Below are positions 39,586 to 51,314 of a DNA stretch of 64,000 nt, piece by piece. This stretch comes from Amphiscolops sp. MND2022. Lineage: Eukaryota. Numbering within the stretch: the first letter of the stretch is position 1; every line of letters begins with the position of its first letter. The notes under the pieces were generated by a model. It made no database searches. It had not been told where the DNA came from and was given only the letters and a program-made list of their open reading frames with translations. The stretch spans positions 25,050,001 to 25,114,000 of the forward strand of contig OZ076409.1 of NCBI GenBank assembly GCA_964187785.1, in the 5' to 3' direction. The position numbers were made by a program, and so were the translations under genes.

Positions 39586-42104
39586 ATTCTGAAACAGATT
39601 TTTAACCCCAAAGGGAGTTTTTTTTAAATTTTCTAGTAAATACTAAAGTAACCCTTACGAAAAGAAGTACTCCTATTCAGTTCCAAAATGAACAGTCAAT
39701 GTGAGGACTAGGCAACTGAATGAAGAAAATGCAAGCCCAAGTCGGCCCGCGCCGAAAGTCCCTCAAATATACTCAAGAGCAGCTTTGAAAAATTCTGAAA
39801 AACTTACCCTGCCCAAAAAAGTATTTCGTCTCATGAAGCCTTTTTATTACCTAAAGAGGTCTAAAAAACAACATGAGACCTCTGGTGAAACAAAATACTA
39901 AAATATTGACGTTGGAGGTTTGAACAGTCTATTTTTCTTCAAAAAATTTTGCAAAAATTGAATTCAAAATGGCTCAGAAACTTTTCCCCAATTTGTTGAA
40001 CCAACGTCAAGGCGTTCTCTCACAATAAATTCAAAATAGTTATTCTCGTTCATGTTGCTTGGGATAAACATTGTCAAAAGTCAAATCAGAAAATTATTTT
40101 AACATGAGGTGCAAAAGACGTGGTTTCACAGGTCTGAAATAAAAATTGTGAGTGCTTTCAACTTGCACCACGGTGACAGTTGCACAACAAACTTTTGCAC
40201 TTGAGGATTACAAATGAAAAACAAACAAAAGTTGAATTGAATAGAAAAATTGGAGCCAAAAATGTCAAATTTAGTCATGAAAGATTTATATGTACATAGA
40301 GTAAGAAAGGTGTGTCATTTTTCTCACACATCCCTGAATTCGTGTCACACCCTGTACTGTTCAAGTGGTTTGAGTTGAGACTGTAGTGGTTGGCTGGACC
40401 AACAATTTTCGGGCAGCTCCAAAAATTTGCATCACGGCTTATTGTTCTGTCTTAGTGAAGACTTAAGCACCAAGAACAATTATATTGATTATCGATGCAT
40501 ATTACTTCGAGGAAAACAGCAAGTAAAACAGCGTTTGAAATAACGTTTAAGTGCAGACGTTTACTTGACATCGATTGGAAATCGGGCGTGCAATCAATCG
40601 GTTTTAAACGACGGTTGCCAAGGCTATAATGTAATCTATCCCGTGATTGTTCAGAACCACGGTAGTTCCATTAAAAAACCGAGTTTGATCCTGTTATCTT
40701 TTGTAAATTAAGGTATAGTCGGGTGCTTCACCAGTCAACTATAGATATTTAATAGTTGTTCAAAGAGCAGGGTGTTGAGAAATTCCATAAAGACAATCGA
40801 AATTTCGGGTCGTTTCTGTCATCCCCCAGTAAAAGAAAGAGCTTTGATACACTGGGAGGCTGAAATTTTGTCGCCGCAAAATTGGTCGTCAAAAATATCG
40901 TACTTTTAAGATAAAAGGCGTCTACTAATAGATACCAATTGAAGTACTCGATTATTTAATTATCGAGTTGATACTGTAAAAACAAAATTCAATATAACAT
41001 ATTTATTAACACCAAAACTGCGGGAAAAAGTAACTTGCAATCAATTAATTCAGAAAGACACTTACGGAGCAATGGGATATTTTCCGCCCAAAACAAGTTT
41101 AGCAACAGACCTTCAAAATTGTTTGAAAGTTTAAGAAAACGTTCAAATGTACGTAGAAAAAAGTGTAGGAAAATCTATGATATGTGTAGCCATAATATTC
41201 AAAAAACACTTTCAATTAAATTTTTGTAACGCTTTCCTCAAACACTTTACTAATAATAATCAATAATAGTAACTCCTGCACAGTGAAAGATGACCATTGT
41301 GAAAAGTAGACTCTCTATGAATGGTTCACCTTCGGTTCTCGAAAGGCCAGCTGAAATGCGACAAAATTTTAAAAACGTAATCTCTGACGAAGAAATTTCT
41401 GGCGACGAAGTTTCCGAGGACGAACTTTGCAACGACGAAACTCTTCAACTCTTCTCTATGTCCACAAAAAGCATGGTCAGGTCGACATTAGCCATTGAGG
41501 GAGGAAGTAAAACTTTTTGCCTTTAGAGTGGGGTATAAAATGGAAACTTTCGTGTTTTTGATTGTATTCTTGCGTGTTTCTGACGTCCCTCAATTTAATT
41601 TAAATTATATTAATTAACTCATTTATTTTTGGACAGCCTCACTAATACAGTGCAATCTGCTTAATTTCCCCGAACATGGGATTATAAGAAGTTGTGAATA
41701 CAAGCTCAGTGTGAATTTATCCGGATTATTGAAAGTCGAGTACCAGTTATTCGAAGGCTTGTTCATGCATCGAGAAATTAATTTCAGTCGAGACCGCAGG
41801 TACAATTGTTGATGCACTGTTTTGTCTGTTAATGCACTGTTCATGTACTAGATCTGTTGATGCATCGTTAAGTTAATCATTTGACTCTTCACGCAGAAGT
41901 GTGGCTTAACAAAAATGACAAAGTTTTTGAATATAACAATGCAATAGTTTTTCAATTAAAAGTGGTAGAGAAATCGGTAACAGTACTCTGTCCAGACGTT
42001 TGATCTGAGTTTCAATTACAAAGGTTAGCTTTTAGTAGTGTCACAGTACAGTCTGAAGGAACCACTCAATTTCAGATCTTCGAATCGTGTCGGTTCATCA
42101 TTTT

Positions 42105-42941
42105 TGTAGAAATTTTTAGATAGCAAGGGCTGGAGAGAAATTCCCGAGGATCTAACTCTATCAGGAAAAGGTTTTATTTGGTGGGTAAGTGCTTTGCGTC
42201 AAAACGACTAGCTCAGCTAGTTTTCTCTCCAAAACACTCTTCTTCGGCTTCGCTCGATTGATCAAGAAAAGAAGGGGTTGAATAATATTTTTTTACAATC
42301 AACAGCGAAAATCAGTTAACTTCTTTATAGCCATCAATCAGGTCTAACTAAACTGGCTAAGATCGGTATCCACAATTTAGCCAACTATGCAACCACAAGC
42401 CACGGACTTGTACAATTTCTGTCGTTAGAAATACTACTGACGAACGAGTTCTTTCACTTAGCCAAGTCTCTTGCTTTCGTCTTAAGGCTCAACTTGCCGG
42501 TAGCTCTCTAATTCTGTTGTCGAGAAGCGCGAGTGTTAATCCGAAGAAGTATCTTGTCTCCGCGAGACTCAACTTGCTCCCAGCCTTCTAACTCGGTTCT
42601 GCCTATTCAGTTTATTTCAAATCCGCCTCAATTATATTTGTTCATCGCGCGTGTTCTGGGTGGTTTCATCTTCACTTTCGATCATACTTGACATTTTCGT
42701 TATGTCCAAGGCGTCGGCGTCTTAAATCTGCATGAGTTTACCTTCATGTTTACTATCCCTTTTATGGCATGGTGAACGCGTCTAATTATACTTCGACTAA
42801 ACATTCTTTGCCGCCAACGACAAATAAATTACATCTCGTTCGAAGTTCACATTTCAATAATAATTCAAGTCACCCAAGATATTTCTAATATCGAGACAAT
42901 CGTTCAATGACCTTCGGTTACATGATTTACATGTTCTCTAC
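42105..42941. mobile_element. Possible solo LTR
   Basis: Bounded by tgtagaaa...gttctctacg, with a minus-strand AATAAA near 42175. No TSD found. Confidence 0.25.
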
Positions 42942-43059
42942 GGGTAAGTGGTAATTTTCTATTGTTCTGAGCACGGTGCATCGCAAATTTTTTTGCCTGA
43001 CTGAATTGCAAAAATTATCACACAAACGGCGCTGATTTACATGTTTTATCGTAAGTTTC

Positions 43060-43800
43060 TCTATATGTTCATAGGTTGCATCCAGAATGACCTTGAGGTC
43101 CATCGGTGACCTTGAAGTTATTTGTCCTCATCCAAAGTTGCTACATGCCAAGTTATATCATTCTAGGGTCAACAGTTCCCGAGTTACATGATATGCGTAT
43201 CGTTTGTTTACTTAAGGCGTTTACCCCCGCACGGGTTAGAAACACGGTTTCTTTCACGTTAGTAATCAACTACATTCATCATTCCGGTTCGTTTGAGATA
43301 TTACAAGCCAATGTCAATGTCCCTTATCGGTCGGGCCCGCGCGTCAGGTTCCGCGTGCCTTAAACAAACATTACTTCGCGCGTGGGGGACCGATCAATAT
43401 ATCTTTCGTGTATATTACTTAGGGTTGCTATGTGGACATATTGGGTAAGTTTCATGATCTTCGGGCCGTCCGTTGGCTATTTACATAAATATTCGGGGTT
43501 TATTTACTTAGCGTCCGGACTCCTCCTACACGCGTCGTGGGTGCCCGAAAATGTGCGCGAATGGCTTAATATCATATGGGCTATCAATTCCATATATAAT
43601 ACGACTTATTCCGTGCTTCGCCGATGAGTTCGTAGGGGGGTCGACCTGGGTCACTTCCGGTGCTAATAGCCCGGGACCGGGGGGAGGTACGAGGTCGGGT
43701 ACTCCGAGTCGAAAGTTGAGTTAGCACCTCTAGTTTATGCATGCCAATTTTCAGCTCGATCGGATAAGTCCTTCCCAAAAAGGGGTGTTGGCCTTTTTTC
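43060..43800. repeat. GC-richer non-coding segment, probably a non-autonomous DNA element
   Basis: tgaccttga repeats and catgccaa(g/t)tt...c motifs (catgccaattttcagctcgatcgg) of the kind seen in invertebrate non-autonomous repeats; the short ORFs show no recognisable motif. Confidence 0.4.
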
Positions 43801-44455
43801 CCTCAGATCTCTGTTTCCGTCCAAAATAAAGACTTAGCAAAATTCGTTCGAAGCAGTCGATTCTAACTTAGCTAATTCGAACAATTTCGTTGTTGACGTC
43901 AATTCTACCTTGCTCAAACAATCAAACTCACTCGTTCTATTGTTCGTATACAAAAAATCATTAACGAAATACGCCTAATTTGCCTTTTCAGCTGTTTTTA
44001 CCGACTTACGCAATTTGGAATATCTAAAAAATAGTTCGATCTATAATCTGTGCTTCGCGCAAAAATGATGGGATTTTCTAAAGCATCAAAATGTAAAAAT
44101 CCTACAATTTTCTTCATTAGCGCCAACTTGACCCGGAGTTTCATCTGTGGTACTTTCAGTTGAACTTTCCTCGGTGCATATCAGCATAAGTGAAAATACC
44201 CGAAAAGAATTAATCTCCATCTACATTAACTAAAAATTCTTCCAATGTGTCATTTGAGCTGCCTGCTAATTCAACGTTCTCTCTTTCCAGCTCTTGGATT
44301 TTTTCCCGTTCAATGATTTCGGAATTTGCAGCTCTTTTGAAACAGTCGGTGATAATAAACTGGGTCCGATAATAGAGTTTAGTCTAATATTCTGAATAAC
44401 TCTTGGATCAGAACGTTGGATTATTGACCTGGTAAGAAGATTCGACAATAACAAG

Positions 44456-45413
44456 AAACAAGACGGGAACGTCTAAAGTCGGCGGCATATCTAAGGCTCA
44501 AAATGCTCAAATTTTTGAAATTGTACAAGGGGGTACCCTTTGGGTTTTTTGAAAATCCAATATGTTGCGGGGTGTAACGTCTCAAACTTCGGATATAGCG
44601 TGCTGGCCCAAATAAGAGCGCTTTTTGAACCTCCGCCTCCTCCTTGGTAAAACGGAATAAAATTCGGATACAACGTCAAAAATTCGGATATAGCGCTTTA
44701 CTCAGGATATTACGTCCAAGTTTCGGATAGTTTTGGAAAAATTATTGGTAAATATATACTGAGAAAACCTAATTTTAGACGAAAAATTACAAGTTTGAAC
44801 AGTCTCAAAGTGCCGAAAAATATCAAAAAAGGGGACCCCTTGGGATTGTTTCCTTTGGGATTGTTTAATATCTATTATGTTACAAAAAATTAAAAAATTG
44901 AAGGGGGGACCCTTTCGAGACATTAAAAAAAATTCGAGAAAAAAACGAAAAATCGAAAAAAAAAATTTTGAGCCAGTCTCATAGTGCCGAAAAACTTGAA
45001 AGGGGAGACCCTTTGGGTTTTTTGGAACTTCAATTTGCTTTAAAATATCAAAAAACTTGAAGGGGGGACCCTTTAGAGACAAAAAAACTTTCTCAAAAAA
45101 GTCGCACAGTGCCGAAAAAAACTCAAAGGGTGGACCCTATAGTCTCGTCCTGTTTTGTATCTTACAATAAAAATGGAGTAACTGAAAGGGGGACCCTTTG
45201 TACTATCCTAAAAGCGCTCCCCGTTTGCCGGTCTAGTAGTTTAGTACTGTAATTAGTAGCTGAACGTTAATTTTAACGTTGGTCGCTTCGAGTCTGTCTT
45301 AAAAAAACGAGTGACTGTAATAGTCGGGCTCTTTTATTAATAAAAGCGCCGACTAAAAACCGAGTGACTGTAATAGTCGGGCTCTTTTATTAATAAAAGC
45401 GCCGACTAAAAAA
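44456..45413 (+). mobile_element. Helentron/DINE-1-like element (family H) with tandemly duplicated terminal hairpin
   Basis: aaacaagacgggaacgtctaaagtcggcg start, internal aaggggggaccctt subrepeats, 53-bp end unit at 45308 and 45361. Confidence 0.8.
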
Positions 45414-46562
45414 CATAGACACAAATGAGACTGTGACAGGAAGCGTCATCACACAAAAGAAGAATCCTACAGTTCTTAGTTTTATATTCTCGTTGGGGGA
45501 GAAGATACGTTTTGACCGAGCTTCACAGGCCATACATGCTTTTTTGTTGACGTAATATGGCAGGGGTTGTTTTTTGTGCTTTTCCAACCAGGAAGTTTTT
45601 GATAAAGTCATTTGTCGATAAAGTCACTTTTTTGAAAGAAGGTACGCTTTTTCAAGAAACACCGGACTGTTAATTGGAATATTCGTAGAGAGGGATTGTC
45701 AGAACCATGGTGGTAAATTTCACCAAAACATTTTCTCGAAATATTAGTTTGCATTTTATTCTCCAGTTGGTTTTTCGAATCACAGTTCTGCTATGCAATG
45801 TTTCAGACTGTTGAGCGATCTATCCAATTCTTTAGTACATCAGTCGATTGGCTACTTCCCTTACTCGAATCGAAGAAAAAGCAACATATTCCTGGGTGTC
45901 CTACCAGGAGCCCTGGTTGATAGCGAAGTTATGCTAAGTAGTGGTGGTGGCAAAGGAAGGTGAAAGAAATCGTTTATTCAGTAGTATTGATCACTTTACA
46001 GAGTGATACAAATGAAATACAAGAGGTTTCGCTGACAATGTTAGATTATCAACAATGAATAAAGTGTAATGACAGACTTTTGAGGCATTTTGATATGTTA
46101 TGAATATGGAAAATAACTATCTTTTTATGTGAAAAGAACGTCTTTACTTGAACCTCTTTTTCGCGTTTATGCCCTAAACAGAAGGTCTTCTTCCTGTTCG
46201 AAAGTACCAGTCAGCCCAACCTAATATGTCCCGAACTTTCCTGGTTCTCAGCAAAAACTTCCCCCCTTTTAGTGTACTGAGACGGTTTTGTGACATTAAC
46301 TTTCAGACATAGACTTTTAAGAAGTTGAAATGAAAGTCAAAGTTTGAAGGTCAATGCCATTCGCAAAAAGGACAAGATCGAGCATTCAGTTCATTGTTCT
46401 TAGCTGACGGCATTGCGCTCACTCGCCAAGCTTTCGTTGTTTCAAACGTGTTAGCAACATCTTTCGATTGTTTTTTTGATATTACGTAATCGAAACAGCT
46501 CTACAACGATGGCAGAACAACGTTACAACAACGGCAGAACTACGTTACAACGGCAAACAATG

Positions 46563-47144
46563 TTAGTCAAAATATGATAACTTTTTCCGAACACACGACT
46601 CTTACAGTGGCTAGTTTTTGTTTCGTCAGTTCAACACAATCGGTCCACTTTTTGTGCATTACGCAATTTCACCATAAGTACTCGGTACTTCATTTTGAAC
46701 GCATCCAAAGCCTCTAGCATGGAATATGGAACCTTTCCACAGCAGAAGTGTCCCCCTTTCTTCTTTTTCGACACTAAAAGGCTTTTCCCTTTCTCGGCTT
46801 TGTGAGACTTTTTGAAAATTTTGTCTCCAAAGTGTTCTTTCAAGTTTTTTGATATTTTGCAACAGAATGGATGTTAGAAACCTTCAAAGAGTCCTCGGCA
46901 CTGCGATTTAACGGAGACATTTTTTGCTCGAATTGTTTCCCAGTTGTTCGTTTTTAGGAGTTTTTCGGATGAGCAAGATGGGTTTTTTGCTGTTTCCAGT
47001 TGGGGAAAGTTGATTTTCGAGTCTTATACGTAAGCCTTGATGAAATTGATGAAATTTTAACAATGGTGTCTTTTTGCATATTTAAAAACATTTAATTTGT
47101 TGAATCTTAGCAGGGCGCCGACTAGGGCCGTTCACGGCTGGTTT
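46563..47144 (-). mobile_element. Family H copy
   Basis: cgactcttacagtggctagttttt ... gggcgccgactagggccgttcacggctggttt. Confidence 0.6.
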
Positions 47145-47472
47145 CCACTTGAGGCGACTGACACGTACTGGATGAGTTTTTGCGGCATCGTTGTGCAAAG
47201 TAACACCCTGCAAATTATAGTAATTACATAGAAACTCTAAATCAAATGCTGAGAAAAACTTTTATCACTAAATTACTCTCAAGCATCGACTATCACTCGT
47301 GTTCTTCCAACAATGGAAGTAATATCATTCTCAATCCCCTGTTAAATCTCTTTGTATGTCATCAGACGACCAAACAAATTTTAGAAGTACACGTGTCCCG
47401 ACCAAATGTAAAAACGATACGAAATCATGAATAACGCTTGTATTTAGAACTTATGTCTAATAAGAAAACGTA

Positions 47473-48975
47473 ATGTTTATAAGAAAACAACGTAATGAAT
47501 TGACTTTAGATGAGAAACTTGATCTCCTTAACAAAAGTGATTCCTGTGCAAAGTTGACTACTTTATCGGTCGAAAACAATGTGGATAAATCGGTTATTTC
47601 ACGAATCAAATCTAAAGGGTCGGAATTACGGAAGTTATGCTTTGAAAACAAAAACATGAAGAAGAAACGACAAAGAAAAACTGGAAACACGAAAACTGAA
47701 AAAGCAATAGTTAAGGTTCAAACAGGTGAGAAGCCAAAACGTTCCAGTCTCTGGTACAGTTTTATTGGAAAAAGCATGTCAATTGGCAACTTAACTCGAC
47801 GAAACGGCAAATTTGAGGGCCTCTTGGATTGACAGATTTAAAACTAGGAATAGCCTTCATTTCCAACGACTCCACGGAGAAAAAAATTCTGCGAATCACA
47901 AATCAGCAGAAGAGTGGACAAAAAATATTCTTCCAGCTATTGTTTCGAAAACTAATACAGACTACATTTACAACACAGATGAAACTGGGCTATTTTCATG
48001 TGTCCTAGTTTTACAATAAAAAAGCATGTATGACAACAGAAATTCAACTGAAAGTCATGATACAATTTGATGATTCAATGAGAAGACAAAAGAAAAATGC
48101 TATTCTTTTTTGTGTCATTGCGACGTGCCACGAAAATTTTGGATTGAACCTCAAAAATTATGTCCGTAACTCATTCTTACTAAAAGATACAAACTTTAGT
48201 GATTTTTCTATTTATTGGGTAAATTTTGAATACACGAGCCCAAAAATCTTGGAGTACGTTGTTATTATTGCAATACAATATTACCAATCCCTGCCAAGGT
48301 ATCTTTAAAGGTTTGAAAGCTCATTATCGAACTAATTTGACTCGGCAGTTGATTATCGCTATTAATAATGGGGAAACCACAGCTGAATACGGGAAGTCAA
48401 GTAGCGTCTTGAAAGCTATTTCTAATTGTTTTCGAAAGGCTGGGTTTGGATGTGAGGGTAATGAAGTTATGGAGATGAAATCTGAAGAAATCGCTTCTCA
48501 TTCAAGAGAGTTCGAGAATGCACTACAAATAGCGAGTTTAAATATTTCATCGATGTCGATGAAAATGTGCAATGAGTTTAAATAATTCATCGATGCCGAT
48601 GAAAATGTGCAATGCTATGGTGAAATGACGGATGCTGAAATTTGTGAGCGGTTGAAGACTCTATTGAAGAACCTATCGTCGAGGTGGATTCAGTTGAAAT
48701 TGATGACTTTCCGGATGCACCGTACTCCTATGACGCCTTGCAAATGATACAAAAATTGAAAATGTATTTTTCGCAAAATGGAAACTCGGATGCCAATATG
48801 CATTCGCTCGATTTGCTAGAGACTCAAATGCAAAAATGTTCCATCAAAAATCACTGATTACGTCAATTGATCATTTGAACATTTTTTCTTCAGATAAGCT
48901 AACCTCGGATAGTGACAACATCGGACAATAAGAACAAATCCGCTCGTCCCGAAAGGTTGTTATTATCCGAAGTGC
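47473..48975 (+). pseudogene. Tigger/pogo-like transposase relic (CENP-B HTH plus DDE_1)
   Basis: RKQRNELTLDEKLDLL, ASWIDRFKTRNSLHFQRLHGE, YIYNTDETGLF, NPCQGIFKGLKAHYR and FIDADENVQCYGEMTDAEI are spread across frameshifts. A TIR-like right end lies at ~48920-48976; no left TIR was found. Confidence 0.9.
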
Positions 48976-49285
48976 ACAATATAACTACTCAATGTCATTG
49001 TTTTTAGTGAGTTGTTTTAACAACAAACTTTTTCCTTGTACCAAGCGATTTGCTACAAGGCTCTTCCTACTTTATTTTCTTTTCAGTGAAATTGAGTCTA
49101 TAATGTGAAATTGACATCGAATTGACCAATAAGATTGCAGAGATACACTCAGAATTCAGGCGGAGTGAGAAAAGATAGCGACTAAATTACAGCGATGCAG
49201 CTGTAGTTATAGCAATGAAGTAAAGGAGTATTGGATTCCAATTAAAGAATGAAACGGTATGAAATTAAAAGGATCGTACTTTTTA

Positions 49286-50720
49286 CAGTGGACCCCACTT
49301 AACCGCAAAACCCGTCGTACCAACTAAGATAGTTGCAACTAGGCGGCGTTTTCAATTAGACGGAGTTTCAAGAAAAAAGCAATGAAACGTTGTAATTTAA
49401 CCATTACAGAGGAAATTGGTTAGTTATTTTTTTTATTGTTTCGATTAAATTTAAGTGCAAGTTTGAGAGACTCAAGTTTCTCAATTTCGACGGAATCTTC
49501 GCAACAGAACTCTTAGGCTGAAGAAGCAGTGCAAGTGTGTCTGCCGCAGAAGAGTTGTGGACAATAGCCAGTGGGTTTTCGTCGCTTTGAACGTCGGTGA
49601 TTTCGTTGTTTTGAACTTCATGTACAATTGCGGCATCAGTTAGCTCCCCGTAACAACCAATTTCGTCGTCGGTCGTGACAAACTCCTCAAAAGCTTCACC
49701 TGTCACGTTCTGTGGAAGAGACAGATGAGTTGTTTGTTTGTCAAGTACCTTTAATTAACTTTGTTGTCAATACTGTATGCTGTTTTGAAGCTGTTAGATT
49801 GTCTGGAATTTTAACAAAGAACATACCATGGCTTTTAAATTATTGATTGTTTTTGCAAATTAATCAACTGTCGTGTCTGGGTCGAGGGCAGCATTTAATT
49901 GACGTAAAAGTTTGCGATAGAACATTTTGACGCACCGAAAGGAGAGTTGTTGTAACAGGTTGAGTTATCGACGTGATATTTGGCAGCACAAACTTGACGG
50001 AAACATTTTGGAGCTGAAAATTTTTTCCAGGGATGTAAAAGAAATTATTCAATCGTGATCTGTCGAACATACAAAGTTCGTCGCCAGAAAAACCTTGTAT
50101 AACGCCTTGCATTGTGTTCTCCCACCAGTCGTTAGCCGCAGCGTTGTCGGCCGAATTCCTCTCCTGGAGTTTTTTGAAAGGAAAGCATATGTTATGTCAT
50201 ATGTCAAGCGGTATTTGATTATTTCAATCCAGCAAATGGTTAAAAAATAGATATTTTGTCAACTTACAGCAAGCTGGCTGGCGTTCTCCATCAACACCGG
50301 CCCCTTATCGGTGCGTCTTTCGCTCTCATCTGCTTAAATGATAAACGTTGGGAGTTTTCAAAATCTTCCCAGTAACTTTCCTTCGACGTTTCGTTCAACT
50401 TTGCCTTTGACCCTATTGAGAAGCAGCTGACTTTAACTTGCAAACTCAGCTTTTGTCCACCTTGTATTCTTTCGCAAGATCAATAACTGATGTTTAATTG
50501 CCATTTTCATCCAAAATTGTCGATTTGTGCTTGTGACTAACTCAACGACACGTTTTCTACAACTCTCCATGGCTAGCGCATGTACAATAACTGAAAATAG
50601 TTCATATTCTCAGAATTTGCTACTACAACGCAGTTGCTGGAAAACAGTTGTCTCAGAAATATCTGTTGCAATAAGACGGAGTTTGCAATCAGACGATGTG
50701 TATTTACGCGGAGTCCACTG
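49286..50720 (-). mobile_element. Tigger/pogo-like transposon, internally deleted and degenerate
   Basis: TA|CAGTGGACCCCACTTAA ... TTTACGCGGAGTCCACTG|TA gives TIRs with a TA TSD. Minus-strand remnants include VKFVLPNITSITQP and FEEFVTTDDEIGCYGELTDAAIV. Confidence 0.88.
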
Positions 50721-50954
50721 TACCTGAAAAACCACCCAAAACATATGCCCAAACTGTTCTTGGGGTTACCTGGGACAACATGGTAAAAAGAAAATCAAGT
50801 TGATCAGAAAGCAAACACTGATTTTCACACACATACATTGTTTTGTAAATGTATTTTCAAGTCCTCAATTTACCTGAATTTCGTCATCGACATATTCAAA
50901 AACACCTATATATGTATCTTTTTGAAACCTTAGTTTTTTTGGCTGTTTTCAAGT

Positions 50955-51141
50955 AAAATAAATTAACGGAGAGGGTTATTAAGAAGTTGAATTAAAACCA
51001 TGCTAACGTTAAATGTGAAGTAAGCTTCAATGTGTATCAATGCATAAATGATCAGTAGTACAGTACATCAAACAGAAATAAGAGACTGTCTATCAGGAAG
51101 GTAGTTTTTCAACATGTCGCGAGTTTGACATTCTCCCATCA
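50955..51141 (-). repeat. 3' LTR of Gypsy element 1
   Basis: Direct repeat of 56594-56779; preceded on the minus strand by the polypurine tract gaagggggg (51145-51153). Confidence 0.93.
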
Positions 51142-51314
51142 ACACCCCCCTTCGCGGATGAGGGGTTATAGGAACCACTCTTGATTCTTCTCAGAGGCAA
51201 GCACAGTTTGAATCTTCTCATCGGAGTCCAATTTTGGCTTCTTAAAGGTACGCAAAAGCGCTTTGGGGATGCGGCCTCCTTTTCTAAACCAATCAGAGAT
51301 TTATCAAAAGTATT

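Larger units (their letters stand above)
33941..39773. repeat. 5.8-kb tandem segmental duplication, copy 2
   Basis: Starts aattt..tgaattt.tattgaaatttccatg and ends ccgaaagtccctcaaatatact, as copy 1 does. Confidence 0.97.

Noticed and set aside
40557..40710. Phase-compatible open frame after gtgcag (DVYLTSIGNRACNQ...)
   Set aside because: The acceptor is weak, there is no clear donor and no recognisable motif.
41290..41526. Acidic ORF (SDEEISGDEVSEDEL)
   Set aside because: It arises from a ~15-bp gacgaa..ttt iteration typical of element subterminal repeats; there are no splice signals or recognisable domain.
41648..41841. Tigger-like MITE (tacagtgca...tgcactgt)
   Set aside because: The inverted match is only ~8 bp and there is no right-hand TA TSD.
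44291..44431. Apparent exon between tttccag and gtaaga
   Set aside because: All three plus-strand frames contain stops.
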